Of a stretch of 64,000 nt of DNA, positions 1-10,066 are shown in pieces. The notes under the pieces are model-generated. The model made no database searches and was not told the origin of the DNA. It worked only from the letters and a program-made list of their open reading frames with translations. Position 1 is the stretch's first letter. The number at the start of each line of letters is the position of its first letter. Source of the stretch: an uncultured Pseudomonadota bacterium (GTDB taxonomy: Bacteria > Pseudomonadota > Alphaproteobacteria > RF32 > CAG-239); the NCBI GenBank assembly GCA_902763535.1, contig CACWSG010000006.1:3352-67351 (forward strand), written 5' to 3'. The translations under genes were made by a program, and so were the position numbers.

Positions 1-70
1 AGCACTTTTTAATATGGAATTATATTAGTATACCTTTGATGACTTTTTCATAAAAAGTTCGGATAATGCG

Positions 71-142
71 GCTAATACGAAGAAACTCACTTGGCAAAAG
101 TGTACCCAAATTAGTACATAAGCCAAGTGAGTTTCAATTAGC
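71..142. repeat. Long hairpin element, copy 1. Perfect 14-bp stem GAAACTCACTTGGC/GCCAAGTGAGTTTC with a 26-nt loop and an outer GCTAAT/ATTAGC extension.
   Basis: Read directly. It shares the CGGATAATG-type leader and the AAGAAACTC...GAGTTTC stem ends with copy 2. Confidence 0.7.
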
Positions 143-161
143 AGACCACCCGACACCATTA

Positions 162-287
162 AAAGACTGCGGATAGCGTGCGCAAATAATAAGAAACTCC
201 TCAAAAAGTACCGCAGCGTACTTTGAACGTACGTGAGGATACCTTTTAAGGAGTTTCTGTATTAGTTGCCAGCTAAACGCAGTCTTT
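162..287. repeat. Long imperfect palindrome, copy 2. Arms of ~47 nt (AAAGACTGCGGATAGCG...AGAAACTCCT / AGGAGTTTCT...CGCAGTCTTT) around a 34-nt centre with its own CGTAC/GTACG hairpin.
   Basis: Read directly. It abuts the hydA stop codon at 286-288. Confidence 0.7.
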
Positions 288-2049
288 ACTTATAAAGGGG
301 GCGTTTTTGGTACTTAGTGTGAAGCAAGTGATGTGATTTTTCACCACCGGCCTGACCCAAAAATTCGTCATATAATTTTTTGATTGAGGCATTGTGATGC
401 GACAGGCGATTCTTGGCCTGCTCATCTTCACAATTCAGCCCTTGTGAACGCAAAGCTCTTATCTCATCATTAATACCCCAAGGTTTGGCAAATCTGGCAC
501 CCATAACTCTCGGTTGACCGCCACCGGCAATACAACCGCCCGGACAAGCCATAACCTCAACAAAATGATAAGGCATCTCTTCGCCGTTTTCTTGAGCTTT
601 CTTAATCTCTTGCAAAACAGCTTCAGCATTACCTACACCATTAACCACCGCAATGCGAACTTTTGTTCCCATAATATCAACTTCGGCAACTTTTACGGCA
701 TCTAATCCGACAATCGGACCAAAGCACAAATTGCCCAACTCCTGACCGGTGATATAGAAGAAGGCTGTACGCAAAGCCGCAGTCATAACACCGCCTGACA
801 CACCGAAAATAGTACCGGCGCCGGAATATTCGCCCAACGGATTATCGGCTTCTTCATCTTTCAATGAGGCAAAGTCAATACCCTGCTGTTTAATCATTTT
901 AGCTAACTCACGGGTAGTTATAACCACATCAACATCTTGATATCCGGAAGATGACATGGTTTCATCGCGTGCAATTTCCCACTTTTTGGCAGTACAAGGC
1001 ATAACCGAAACCACTTTTATCTTAGCAGCATCAATACCCAACTTTTGAGCATAATAGGTCTTGGCAATTGCACCAACCATTTCATGCGGTGATTTGCAGC
1101 TTGATAAGTGCGGCAACATCTCAGGATAATACTTTTCCAAATAATCAACCCATGCCGGACAGCAGGATGTAAACATCGGCAGGTGATCTTTTTCCTTAAA
1201 ACGTTTTACAAATTCGGTAGCCTCTTCAATAATAGTCAAATCAGCACCAAAATTAGTATCAAACACTTTGGCAAAACCCAATTTGCGCAGTGCGGCATAA
1301 ATTTTTCCGGTCAAATTGGAACCGAAATCAAAACCGAATTCTTCACCCAAGGCAACTCTTACAGCCGGAGCAATCTGCACCACTGTAACCTGCTCTTGAT
1401 TTTTGAGCAAATCCCAAACCTGAGCTGTTGTATCATAATCAGTGATAGCTCCGGTCGGGCAGTGTGCTGCACATTGTCCGCATTTAATACAAGGTGAATC
1501 ACCCAATTTGGTATCATTAGCACCGGTAACCTTTGTTGCCATACCGCGATGCAAATAACTTAATGCCCAAACATTCTGAGTGTTTTGGCAAATATCAACA
1601 CAGCGTCCGCAAACGATACATTTTGACGGTTCTAAAACTATGGCTTTAGAGCTGTCATCAATCGGCTCAGATGAAAGGATTTTGCGAATTTCCTCGCTTC
1701 TAACTCCCATTTGTGCCGCCATATCCTGCAATTCACATTCTCCGTTGCGTCCGCAAGTCAAACAGCTGTTGGGATGATTACTCAAAATCAATTCCAATAC
1801 TGTTTTGCGAATTTCCTTCAATTCGGCATCGTTGGTTATAACTTCCATACCTTCGGCCGCCGGAGTGCAGCAAGAACGCATAATGCGTCCGCCGACTTTG
1901 ACAATACAAATACCGCAACCGGCCGACGGATCAACATCAGGATGTTTACACAAGGTAGGAATATTGATATTGGCTTCGCGCGCTGCATCTAAAATGCTGG
2001 CACCGTCCTCAACTTCAACTGCAATATTATCAATCTTCAAATTAACCAT
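286..2049 (-). CDS. hydA: [FeFe]-hydrogenase catalytic subunit (HydA/HndD type) with an N-terminal 2Fe-2S domain and ferredoxin-like 4Fe-4S domains
   Basis: H-cluster motifs FTSCCPAW, MPCTAKKWE and EVMACPGGCIAGGGQP. N-terminal CGICIV / CLTCGRNGECELQ clusters. AGGAGG RBS. Confidence 0.93.
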   Translation of the reverse strand: MVNLKIDNIAVEVEDGASILDAAREANINIPTLCKHPDVDPSAGCGICIVKVGGRIMRSCCTPAAEGMEVITNDAELKEIRKTVLELILSNHPNSCLTCGRNGECELQDMAAQMGVRSEEIRKILSSEPIDDSSKAIVLEPSKCIVCGRCVDICQNTQNVWALSYLHRGMATKVTGANDTKLGDSPCIKCGQCAAHCPTGAITDYDTTAQVWDLLKNQEQVTVVQIAPAVRVALGEEFGFDFGSNLTGKIYAALRKLGFAKVFDTNFGADLTIIEEATEFVKRFKEKDHLPMFTSCCPAWVDYLEKYYPEMLPHLSSCKSPHEMVGAIAKTYYAQKLGIDAAKIKVVSVMPCTAKKWEIARDETMSSSGYQDVDVVITTRELAKMIKQQGIDFASLKDEEADNPLGEYSGAGTIFGVSGGVMTAALRTAFFYITGQELGNLCFGPIVGLDAVKVAEVDIMGTKVRIAVVNGVGNAEAVLQEIKKAQENGEEMPYHFVEVMACPGGCIAGGGQPRVMGARFAKPWGINDEIRALRSQGLNCEDEQAKNRLSHHNASIKKLYDEFLGQAGGEKSHHLLHTKYQKRPLYK

Positions 2050-2064
2050 TTTTCAAACCTCCTC

Positions 2065-3729
2065 TTATTCTTTGCCGTCAACCAGTTTATTGGTGTATTC
2101 GCTCTCATAAAACTTTAAGGTCGACAACACCGGATTCGGAGCGGTCTGTCCCAAACCGCACAGTGATGCTTTCTGCATAGCAAAAGCAATTCGTCTCAGC
2201 AATTCCAAGTCCTTCTTTTTGCCTTTGCCGCGATTGATTTTATCAAGCAAAGCTAACATCTGTCGTCCGCCAATACGGCATGGAGCGCATTTGCCGCAAG
2301 ATTCATCAACTGTAAAATCGAGATAGAACTTAGCCAATGAAACCATATCCGAAGAATCATCAATTACAATCATGCCGCCGGATCCCATAATTGATCCGAC
2401 TTTTTTCAATTCTTCGTAGCATACCGGCATATCCATATATTTTGCCGGAATAACACCACCGGACGGTCCGCCGGTTTGCACGGCTTTCAATTTTTTGCCA
2501 GCCGGCACACCGCCGCCGATTTCGTTGACAATCTCGTTAATAGTGGTTCCCATCGGAACTTCAATCAATCCGGAATGTTCAACTTGACCGGTCAGTGCAA
2601 ATACTTTTGTACCCTTTGAAGTTTCGGTACCGAAAGAAGCAAACCAATCTGCTCCTTTGAGCAAAATTTTTGAAACATTGGCCAAAGTTTCGACATTGTT
2701 AACACAAGACGGTTTTTCCCACAAACCTTTGTTAGTCGGATAAGGCGGGCGCGGACGCGGTGTACCTCTGGCTCCCTCAATTGAGTGTATCAGGGCTGTT
2801 TCCTCACCGCAGACAAAAGCACCGGCTCCCAAACGAATATCAATATTAAAGCTGAAATTCGTTCCCATAATATTATTGCCCAACAAAAGATTCTTTTTGC
2901 AAGCTTTAATAGCTTTTTGCAATCGTTCAACAGCCAAAGGATACTCTGCACGAACATAAAACCATCCCTCGGTTGCACCTATTGCATAAGCTGCAATCAT
3001 CATACCTTCAATAACGGCATGGGGATCACCTTCCAAAATCGAGCGATCCATATAAGCTCCCGGATCACCTTCATCACCGTTGCAGATAATGAATTTTTCA
3101 TCGACAGTCGGAACTTTGGCTGCCAATTCCCACTTCATACCGGTGGAAAATCCGCCGCCGCCGCGTCCTCTTAATCCCGAACGCTTGATTTCATCGACGA
3201 CCTGTGCCGGTGTCATGGTTTTCAAAGCTTTTTCCAAAGCTAAATAACCACCTCTGGCCATATATTCGGAAATATCCTCCGGATCCATATGACCGGCATT
3301 CTTCAACACAACCTTTTCTTGTTTTTTGAAGAATGGCAAATCCAGTGAAAGCACAAAAGGCTCCAATTCTTTTACAATTGCAACCTTTTTATCCAAAGCG
3401 GGAATAACATATTTTTCCATAATCAATTTTGCTGCATTCAAATCAATGCGCTTGAACAATCTGTCTTGCTGTCCTTTAATTTCAACTCTGATAAGCGGAC
3501 CTTGAGCGCACAATCCCATACATCCGGTAGCCACAATTCGAATTTTTTCTTCCAACTTGTGCTCGGCAACAATATTTTTAATCAAATCTAAAATATCATC
3601 ACTTCCGGAAGATTTGCAACCGGTAGAGTGACAGCAATAAATATTGCAAACAAACTTTTCAATCTCTGCCAGTTTGTTTTTAGCAATTTCATGAATATCA
3701 AATCTCTTTTCCAAATCTATATCGGCCAT
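2065..3729 (-). CDS. hydB: NuoF-like NAD(P)H-binding flavoprotein subunit of the hydrogenase (HydB/HndC)
   Basis: GLRGRGGGGFSTGMKWE FMN/NADH motif, ESCGKCAPCR 4Fe-4S motif, and an N-terminal thioredoxin-like 2Fe-2S domain. Start moved to MADIDLEK (ATG at 3729) behind an AAGGAGA RBS, 1 nt after the hydC stop. Confidence 0.92.
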   Translation of the reverse strand: MADIDLEKRFDIHEIAKNKLAEIEKFVCNIYCCHSTGCKSSGSDDILDLIKNIVAEHKLEEKIRIVATGCMGLCAQGPLIRVEIKGQQDRLFKRIDLNAAKLIMEKYVIPALDKKVAIVKELEPFVLSLDLPFFKKQEKVVLKNAGHMDPEDISEYMARGGYLALEKALKTMTPAQVVDEIKRSGLRGRGGGGFSTGMKWELAAKVPTVDEKFIICNGDEGDPGAYMDRSILEGDPHAVIEGMMIAAYAIGATEGWFYVRAEYPLAVERLQKAIKACKKNLLLGNNIMGTNFSFNIDIRLGAGAFVCGEETALIHSIEGARGTPRPRPPYPTNKGLWEKPSCVNNVETLANVSKILLKGADWFASFGTETSKGTKVFALTGQVEHSGLIEVPMGTTINEIVNEIGGGVPAGKKLKAVQTGGPSGGVIPAKYMDMPVCYEELKKVGSIMGSGGMIVIDDSSDMVSLAKFYLDFTVDESCGKCAPCRIGGRQMLALLDKINRGKGKKKDLELLRRIAFAMQKASLCGLGQTAPNPVLSTLKFYESEYTNKLVDGKE

Positions 3730-3730
3730 C

Positions 3731-4204
3731 TTAATTCTCCTTGAAGGTTTCACGCCATTCATCCAAAATCGCCGGCACATTATCCGGTGTCATGCGTCCG
3801 TATGTTTTGCCGTTTACCACACAAACCGGTGCCAATCCGCAACACCCCACACAGCGCACACACTGCAAGTGAAACATTCCGTCAGCCGTGCTCTCGCCTT
3901 CGCCGATTCCCAGCTCAGATTTGAACTTTTCCAGCACCTTATCATTACCTTTCAGATAACAGGCCGTACCTGTGCAAACCGAAATAACCGCTTTGCCGGG
4001 AGCCTTTAACTTAAAGAAATTGTAGAAAGTCAAAACCTCATAAATACGAGCCAAAGAAACGCCCATACCTTGTGCCAGTTCAACCGCATCACTCCAATCG
4101 ACATAGCCTTTAACATCTTGAATTTCGTGCAATGCCATGATCAAAGATCCGCGTTTTTTGCGCCATTTTGCCGCAACCTGCGAAGCATTAGAAGCATCAG
4201 CCAT
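3731..4204 (-). CDS. hydC: NuoE-like 2Fe-2S subunit of the hydrogenase (HydC/HndA)
   Basis: CTGTACYLKG...CVRCVGCCGLAP cysteine pattern. AAGGAG RBS. Confidence 0.9.
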   Translation of the reverse strand: MADASNASQVAAKWRKKRGSLIMALHEIQDVKGYVDWSDAVELAQGMGVSLARIYEVLTFYNFFKLKAPGKAVISVCTGTACYLKGNDKVLEKFKSELGIGEGESTADGMFHLQCVRCVGCCGLAPVCVVNGKTYGRMTPDNVPAILDEWRETFKEN

Positions 4205-4361
4205 TTTTATCTCCTTAAAATAATTATCTCGTGCCGAATTCTAACAATTTTTTTCACAACTGCAAGCGCTTTTGCAAAGAATTGCCAAATTTATTTTGAC
4301 AAATGATAAAAAATCGTTCATTTTGCTTGCATATGTTTTGTTAAAAATATAATCATCAAAT

Positions 4362-5495
4362 ATGAAAAAATTAAATACTTATATATTTAAACAAATTCTT
4401 ATCGGCTTTCTTTTGGTCAGCTTTTCGTTAATGTCGATTATATGGCTGTCGCAGTCTTTGCGATTCCTTGATTTAATCGTCTCAAAAGGCATATCTGCCG
4501 GAATATTCATCAAACTGACCTCTTTACTTATGCCCAGAATATTTACAATTCTTGCCCCGATAGCCGTATTTACATCAGTCATGTTTACTTATAATCGTAT
4601 GTTGGTCGATCAGGAACTTATTGTTATGAAATCTGCCGGCATCAGCCCTTATCAATTGGCCAAACCGGCTATACTTATCGGTGTGTTATTAACACTGTCA
4701 AATATTTATATCATCAATTATGGTATGCCGAAAGCCGAAGCAGCTTTTAAAGAACTGGAGTGGCGAATCAAAAACAATATTTCGCAACTGATGTTTCGCG
4801 AAGGTGAATTCACCAATTTGCAAGATGATCTGACCGTATTTGTCACTTCTCATGACGACGACGGAACTATTGCCAATATTTTAATCGATGATGAGCGCAA
4901 CCCTAAAACAAAATCCACCACCACCGCCGAAAAAGGCATAATTGTTCAAACCGACCAAGGCCCCAGAGTTATATTAATCAATGGTCATCGCCAAGAAATC
5001 AACAAAGTAAAAGGTTCTTTCTCGGCTGTCAGTTTCTCGCAATACTCCGTTGATTTCGGTCTCAAAGGCTCTTCTAAAAAACGCAAAGACAGTGTTCGCA
5101 CTCACTCATTCGGCGAATTAATCACTGCACTGAATAATGAAAATCTTGCTCCTGAAGATCGCTATAAATGGTTTGTCGAAGGAAATCGCCGCATTACCAC
5201 CCCGTTATTAGCCATAATTTATGCGCTTTTGGCTTGTACCGGATTACTGATTAGCAATTTCAATCGTCGTGGTCAAACCCAAGTTATCGGAATATCAATA
5301 CTTGCCATAATATTAATCCAAGCGACTGATTTGATTGCCGGCAGTCTGGCAAGTAAAAATCTTTGGTGGTTAACTCTTCTTTATTTGAACATTTTTATCC
5401 CGTTAGGTATATGCTCATTATGTTTGTTCAAACCCGAACTGGTGAGAAATGTAATTCATCGACGGATTCCCGCATTAGGAGGTATGAATGCGTAA
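4362..5495 (+). CDS. LptF/LptG-family LPS export permease
   Basis: YjgP/YjgQ-like topology: N-terminal TM helices, a periplasmic insert and C-terminal TM helices. Overlaps lptD by 8 nt. Confidence 0.8.
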   Translation: MKKLNTYIFKQILIGFLLVSFSLMSIIWLSQSLRFLDLIVSKGISAGIFIKLTSLLMPRIFTILAPIAVFTSVMFTYNRMLVDQELIVMKSAGISPYQLAKPAILIGVLLTLSNIYIINYGMPKAEAAFKELEWRIKNNISQLMFREGEFTNLQDDLTVFVTSHDDDGTIANILIDDERNPKTKSTTTAEKGIIVQTDQGPRVILINGHRQEINKVKGSFSAVSFSQYSVDFGLKGSSKKRKDSVRTHSFGELITALNNENLAPEDRYKWFVEGNRRITTPLLAIIYALLACTGLLISNFNRRGQTQVIGISILAIILIQATDLIAGSLASKNLWWLTLLYLNIFIPLGICSLCLFKPELVRNVIHRRIPALGGMNA

Positions 5496-7749
5496 GTTTG
5501 CTCTGATTACAACAGTCGGTTGCTCTGTTTTGGGAGCAATAAATCTTGCGGTCGCTGAAACCGAAAAGAGCAGCATTGTTGTGCTTGACACCAACAAAAC
5601 CATTGAAGACACCAAACCAAAATCCAAAGCAAAATTGGAGCCTACCTATAATATAACCAATGTCCTTGATACCGGCTCAGCTGAAACTACTGATATTCAT
5701 TTCAATGCTGATGCCATGGAAAACGATTATAATAACAGAACTATAACCGCATCAGGTAATGTTGAGATTATCCGTGAAGACCTAACCTTGTATGCGGACA
5801 AAGTTACCTATTGGCAAGACAGCGAAAACATCTCGGCCGAAGGCAATGTGGTCATCTTAGAAAAAAACGGTAATACTTTATATGCCGACAAAATTGACCT
5901 TACCGAAAAAATGCAAAGTGCCGATGTTGAAAACATCAAAGTAATCTTGCTTGATAAAACACGCTTGTCAGCTAGTAATTTTCACAAAAAATCCAATGAC
6001 CGCAAAGTATTGCGCAGTGCCACTTATTCTCCTTGCGACAGTTGCAAGGATTCGTCACCATTGTGGGAATTAAAAGCATCCAAAGTTCTCCATGATCCGA
6101 TCGAGCAAAATGTTGAATATCAAAATGCCTTTTTAGAATTAAAGGGTGTGCCGGTATTTTATACTCCTTTCTTCTCTCATCCGGATCCTTCAGTTAAACA
6201 TCGTTCAGGATTTTTATTTCCGCGTATAATCAGCAGCAATTTTTTGGGTGCCGCTATTCAACCGCAATATTTTTGGGATATTAATCCGCAAACCAACATA
6301 ATTTTTAATCCCATTATTTCTACTGAAAAAGATCCGGTTTATTCGGCGGTTTTCAGTAAATATTTTTATCGCGGCGAATTAAACGCTTCCGGCACCATAT
6401 TGCAAGATAGTGATAACAATAATAAATCTGACAAACACAACACCCGCGGCAATTTGTTTTTATACGGACGCTATGAATTAAACGACTATTGGGTCGCTGA
6501 TACCGACATTAACTATGCCTCAGATCACACCTACCTCAATGACCTGAATCTCCCCAAAAAAGATGATTCGTGGTTGACCTCGCGCTTGCGTTTTCAATCT
6601 TTTGATAACCGCAACTATGCCTATGTTGAGGGCTACTATTATGATATGTTGAGTTACGATTTGCAGAACATCAACAAACCCTATGTAATGCCGATAATGG
6701 GATATGAATACATATCGTCACCCAATACTTATGGAGCATATATTCGTACGGATTTGAGCGCTGCCTCAATTTATCACAAAGAAGATGATTCCGCACAACG
6801 ACTTACAATGGTAAATTCATGGAATTTGCCCTACACAAGTCCTTTTGGTGAAAAATACAAACTCACAGCATCACTGAAATCTGATGCCTATTATGTTCAA
6901 AAATATCTTAACGACAACAACAAATACTATACCGGAACAACAGCTCGAGTATTTCCTCAATTAGGGTTGGAATGGCGTTTACCGTTTATCAAAAACACCG
7001 AAAACACTTCGCAAATTCTTGAGCCTATCATCGTTGCTGCTGTTGCTCCGAACAAAGGCAACCAACGCGACAAAATTCCCAATGATGACAGCCGCGATTT
7101 TGAATTGACTGACACCAATATTTTTGACCTTGATCGCTATGCCGGCTATGACCGCAATGATGTCGGCTCGCGTGTCAGCTATGGTATGAATTGGAGTTTT
7201 TACGGCAAAAAATGGGGCAGATCATCACTCCTTTTTGCTCAATCTTATGAAGTTGACAAAGACAACGAAACCATTCATGCCAACAACGATGGCGATCATT
7301 TTTCCGACTATGTCGGAAGAATATATGCGGCACCCAGCAACTATTTTGATTTAACCTATCGTTTTCGCCTTGATAAGGATGATTACGATATAAATTACAG
7401 TGAATTAGCCACATCATTCGGCAATGATCTTTTGCGTTTGTCGGCTTCTTATATTTTCTTCCCCGAAAACAACAACTCTTCGGTTTATTATGGCAAACAA
7501 CGTAAAGAAATTTTTACCGCCCTCTCCTCACACATAACTCGCAACTGGTCAATCAGTGCTTATACCCGTCATGATCTTGAAAGTGAGCGCACTTTGAGCA
7601 ATGGCGGAGGAATAACTTACGAAGACGAATGTGCTAAATTTGCTTTTCGTGTTGAAAAAGAGTTTTCTGAAGATCCCGATGCCGAAAATGATTTTTCGTT
7701 CTATTTCACTTTTTATCTGAAAACCATCGGCGGCATAGGCAACAATTAA
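5488..7749 (+). CDS. lptD: LPS-assembly outer membrane protein LptD (OstA)
   Basis: Signal peptide, an OstA-like N-terminal domain and a large beta-barrel. Sits in lptD-surA-rsmA synteny. Confidence 0.88.
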   Translation: MRKFALITTVGCSVLGAINLAVAETEKSSIVVLDTNKTIEDTKPKSKAKLEPTYNITNVLDTGSAETTDIHFNADAMENDYNNRTITASGNVEIIREDLTLYADKVTYWQDSENISAEGNVVILEKNGNTLYADKIDLTEKMQSADVENIKVILLDKTRLSASNFHKKSNDRKVLRSATYSPCDSCKDSSPLWELKASKVLHDPIEQNVEYQNAFLELKGVPVFYTPFFSHPDPSVKHRSGFLFPRIISSNFLGAAIQPQYFWDINPQTNIIFNPIISTEKDPVYSAVFSKYFYRGELNASGTILQDSDNNNKSDKHNTRGNLFLYGRYELNDYWVADTDINYASDHTYLNDLNLPKKDDSWLTSRLRFQSFDNRNYAYVEGYYYDMLSYDLQNINKPYVMPIMGYEYISSPNTYGAYIRTDLSAASIYHKEDDSAQRLTMVNSWNLPYTSPFGEKYKLTASLKSDAYYVQKYLNDNNKYYTGTTARVFPQLGLEWRLPFIKNTENTSQILEPIIVAAVAPNKGNQRDKIPNDDSRDFELTDTNIFDLDRYAGYDRNDVGSRVSYGMNWSFYGKKWGRSSLLFAQSYEVDKDNETIHANNDGDHFSDYVGRIYAAPSNYFDLTYRFRLDKDDYDINYSELATSFGNDLLRLSASYIFFPENNNSSVYYGKQRKEIFTALSSHITRNWSISAYTRHDLESERTLSNGGGITYEDECAKFAFRVEKEFSEDPDAENDFSFYFTFYLKTIGGIGNN

Positions 7750-7764
7750 CAAAGGAGATTATTA

Positions 7765-8673
7765 ATGTTTCTGCGCAAAATAATTTTAAGTACTTTATTT
7801 GCTGTTTCCGCAATTTTTTCTGCCAATGCTGAAAACATTCGCATTGCCGCATTGGTTAATGGCGAAATAATTTCAAGTGAAGATATTGATAATCAAGTTA
7901 ACATCTTTATGTTAAATTCGCCGATTCCTCTCAATTCTGAAACCAGAGGCATGATTACTCGCCGTGTATTGGCTCAAACCATTGAGCAAAAATTGAAAAT
8001 ACAATTCGCTGAAAAAAACGGCATCAAAATAACTGATGATGAAATCAACAACCAAATGAAAATTTGGGCGCAAAAAAATAAAATCAATTTAGATAATTTA
8101 AGTTCAAAAAAAATAAATCGTGAAAGCCTAGCCGAAAACATTAAAGCTGAGTTGGCTTGGGTTAAACTCATTCGCAAAAAATATTACCAAACTGCCAACA
8201 TTACCCAAACCGAAATCAACGATACCATCCGTGAAATCACCGAAGATATGAATATTAAAAAATATCAGGTACTGGAAATTTTTATCCGCAAAGAAAACGC
8301 CAAAGATATTAACCAGTTGGTTGAACGCCTGCGCGAAGATCCTCGTTTTGAACTTTATGCCGCTCGGTTTTCCGAAGCACCGTCTGCCGCCAATGGTGGC
8401 AACTTGGGCTGGATAAATTCCGGCAAAATGTTATCCGCTTTAGAGATGCGCCTATCTAAAATGCGCATTGATGAAGTAAGTGACGCCATATTAATCGGTG
8501 ACGGCTATTACATTGTAAAACTGCTGCAAGTTTTTGATCCTGCCAAAAACAAAAGTTTTACCCCTAACCAAGCTGAAGTGCGCACTTTGCTTGAAAACCA
8601 AAAAATGGAATCATTATCCAAGAAAATGCTCCAGAACATAAAGCAAAAGGCCATCATTGAAGTGAAAAAATAA
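7765..8673 (+). CDS. surA: SurA-like periplasmic chaperone / PpiC-type peptidyl-prolyl isomerase
   Basis: Signal peptide and a parvulin-like segment (GGNLGWINSGKM). Synteny after lptD. Confidence 0.8.
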   Translation: MFLRKIILSTLFAVSAIFSANAENIRIAALVNGEIISSEDIDNQVNIFMLNSPIPLNSETRGMITRRVLAQTIEQKLKIQFAEKNGIKITDDEINNQMKIWAQKNKINLDNLSSKKINRESLAENIKAELAWVKLIRKKYYQTANITQTEINDTIREITEDMNIKKYQVLEIFIRKENAKDINQLVERLREDPRFELYAARFSEAPSAANGGNLGWINSGKMLSALEMRLSKMRIDEVSDAILIGDGYYIVKLLQVFDPAKNKSFTPNQAEVRTLLENQKMESLSKKMLQNIKQKAIIEVKK

Positions 8674-8674
8674 C

Positions 8675-9523
8675 ATGGATATTAGTGAAGTTATTGATTC
8701 TCTGCCATCATTAAAAACCACTGTCGATGCTTATGGTCTGTTGGCCAAAAAGGCTTTGGGACAAAACTTTTTATTGGATAAAAACATCACTGACAAGATA
8801 GTCAACCAATCCCTGCAAAAACAAAAACTTTCATCCTTATCCGGTGCTCATGTTTTTGAGGTAGGATCAGGACCCGGTGGGTTGACGCGTTCTTGCCTTA
8901 AAGCATCTCCCGATTTAATGACTATTATTGAGCTTGATGACCGCTGCATTAAAATTGCTCAAGATATGCAATCCAAAATCGGTGACAGACTTGAAATAGT
9001 CAATCAGGATGCGCTTGATTATCAATTTGATTTTAAGGAAAACAGTCCTAAACATATTTTTTCAAACCTACCCTACAATATATCAGTGCCATTGCTTACC
9101 AAATGGCTGTACAATATAAATTCATACCAATCATTGACTCTGATGTTTCAAAAAGAAGTTGCTGATCGCATTGAATCTGAAATTCGCAGCAAAGACTATG
9201 GAAGGCTATCTGTTTTAGCTCAGTTACAATGCCATATAACAAGATTGTTCAATTTACCTCCGGAAGCATTTACACCGGCACCTAAAGTTTGGTCAAGCGT
9301 ACTATTGTTTACACCGCGCAATGACGCTTTGGATATCAATAATCTAAATCGATTGGAAAAAATAACCGCTTTAGCTTTTTCCAAACGCCGCAAAATGTTG
9401 CGCCAAATTTTTAAATCAACTGCTGATTTTGATAAAATCTGTGAGAAATGCAACATTCTGCCGACCATGCGCCCGGAAGAAGTTACACCTCAGCAATTCT
9501 ATCAGTTATCAAAATTGCTTTAA
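8675..9523 (+). CDS. rsmA: 16S rRNA (adenine1518/1519-N6)-dimethyltransferase
   Basis: LGQNFL motif, VFEVGSGPGGLT SAM motif and NLPYNIS motif. Confidence 0.93.
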   Translation: MDISEVIDSLPSLKTTVDAYGLLAKKALGQNFLLDKNITDKIVNQSLQKQKLSSLSGAHVFEVGSGPGGLTRSCLKASPDLMTIIELDDRCIKIAQDMQSKIGDRLEIVNQDALDYQFDFKENSPKHIFSNLPYNISVPLLTKWLYNINSYQSLTLMFQKEVADRIESEIRSKDYGRLSVLAQLQCHITRLFNLPPEAFTPAPKVWSSVLLFTPRNDALDINNLNRLEKITALAFSKRRKMLRQIFKSTADFDKICEKCNILPTMRPEEVTPQQFYQLSKLL

Positions 9524-9529
9524 TAATTC

Positions 9530-9558
9530 TTGACAACCAAGCGATTATATCTTATCAA
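9530..9558 (+). promoter_or_regulatory. Sigma70-like promoter candidate upstream of the tRNA-Ala leader
   Basis: TTGACA (9530-9535), a 17-nt spacer, then TATCAA (9553-9558). Confidence 0.45.
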
Positions 9559-9570
9559 GAAACTGTTTTT

Positions 9571-9643
9571 AAGCAAGACAGCGAGTGAAAACGAGCTCGA
9601 CCTTATTATTTTATTTTTACCTTGGGGGTATAGCTCAGTTGGG
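9571..9643 (+). repeat. Direct repeat copy 1: 53 nt of tRNA leader plus the first 20 nt of tRNA-Ala (a pseudo 5' fragment)
   Basis: Near-identical to 9796-9869 (one extra T in copy 2). It diverges after GGGGGTATAGCTCAGTTGGG. Confidence 0.9.
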
Positions 9644-9849
9644 CTCGAGGATAATTTTAACCGCTGCTCCGGTTAAAATTACCGCAAGAGGCGAAGTTTT
9701 CTTACTTGAGCAAGCAAGCGTAAGCGATGCGCAGCGAAATTAGAAAACGAGTGACCGCAGCGGAGTTGTTGAGCTTTATAAAAGCGAAACTTACGAAGCA
9801 AGACAGCGAGTGAAAACGAGCTCGACCTTATTATTTTATTTTTTACCTT

Positions 9850-9925
9850 GGGGGTATAGCTCAGTTGGGAGAGCGAGTGGTTCGCAATCACTAGGTCGTC
9901 GGTTCGATCCCGATTACCTCCACCA
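9850..9925 (+). tRNA. tRNA-Ala (anticodon CGC)
   Basis: Cloverleaf folded by hand: acceptor GGGGGTA/TACCTCC with G3:U70, anticodon loop TTCGCAA, T-arm GTCGGTTCGATCCCGAT, encoded CCA. Confidence 0.95.
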
Positions 9926-9970
9926 ATCAAAAAAACGGCTTTTGCCGTTTTTGTTTTAAACCTAACAATC

Positions 9971-10005
9971 GGGAGCGAACCGACAGAAGTCGGTTTGACT
10001 ACAAG
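9971..10005 (-). repeat. T-arm-derived hairpin element (CTTGTAGTC + AAACCGAC-TTCT-GTCGGTTCGCTCCC) convergent on tRNA-Ala(CGC)
   Basis: Homologous to 49584-49620 and 58078-58117. The stem sequence matches this tRNA's own T-arm. Confidence 0.75.
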
Positions 10006-10066
10006 CGAGAGGCGCACGGGAGTGTGCCGATGAGCGAATAGCGAACGAGCGTAGTGAAGCGAAGCT

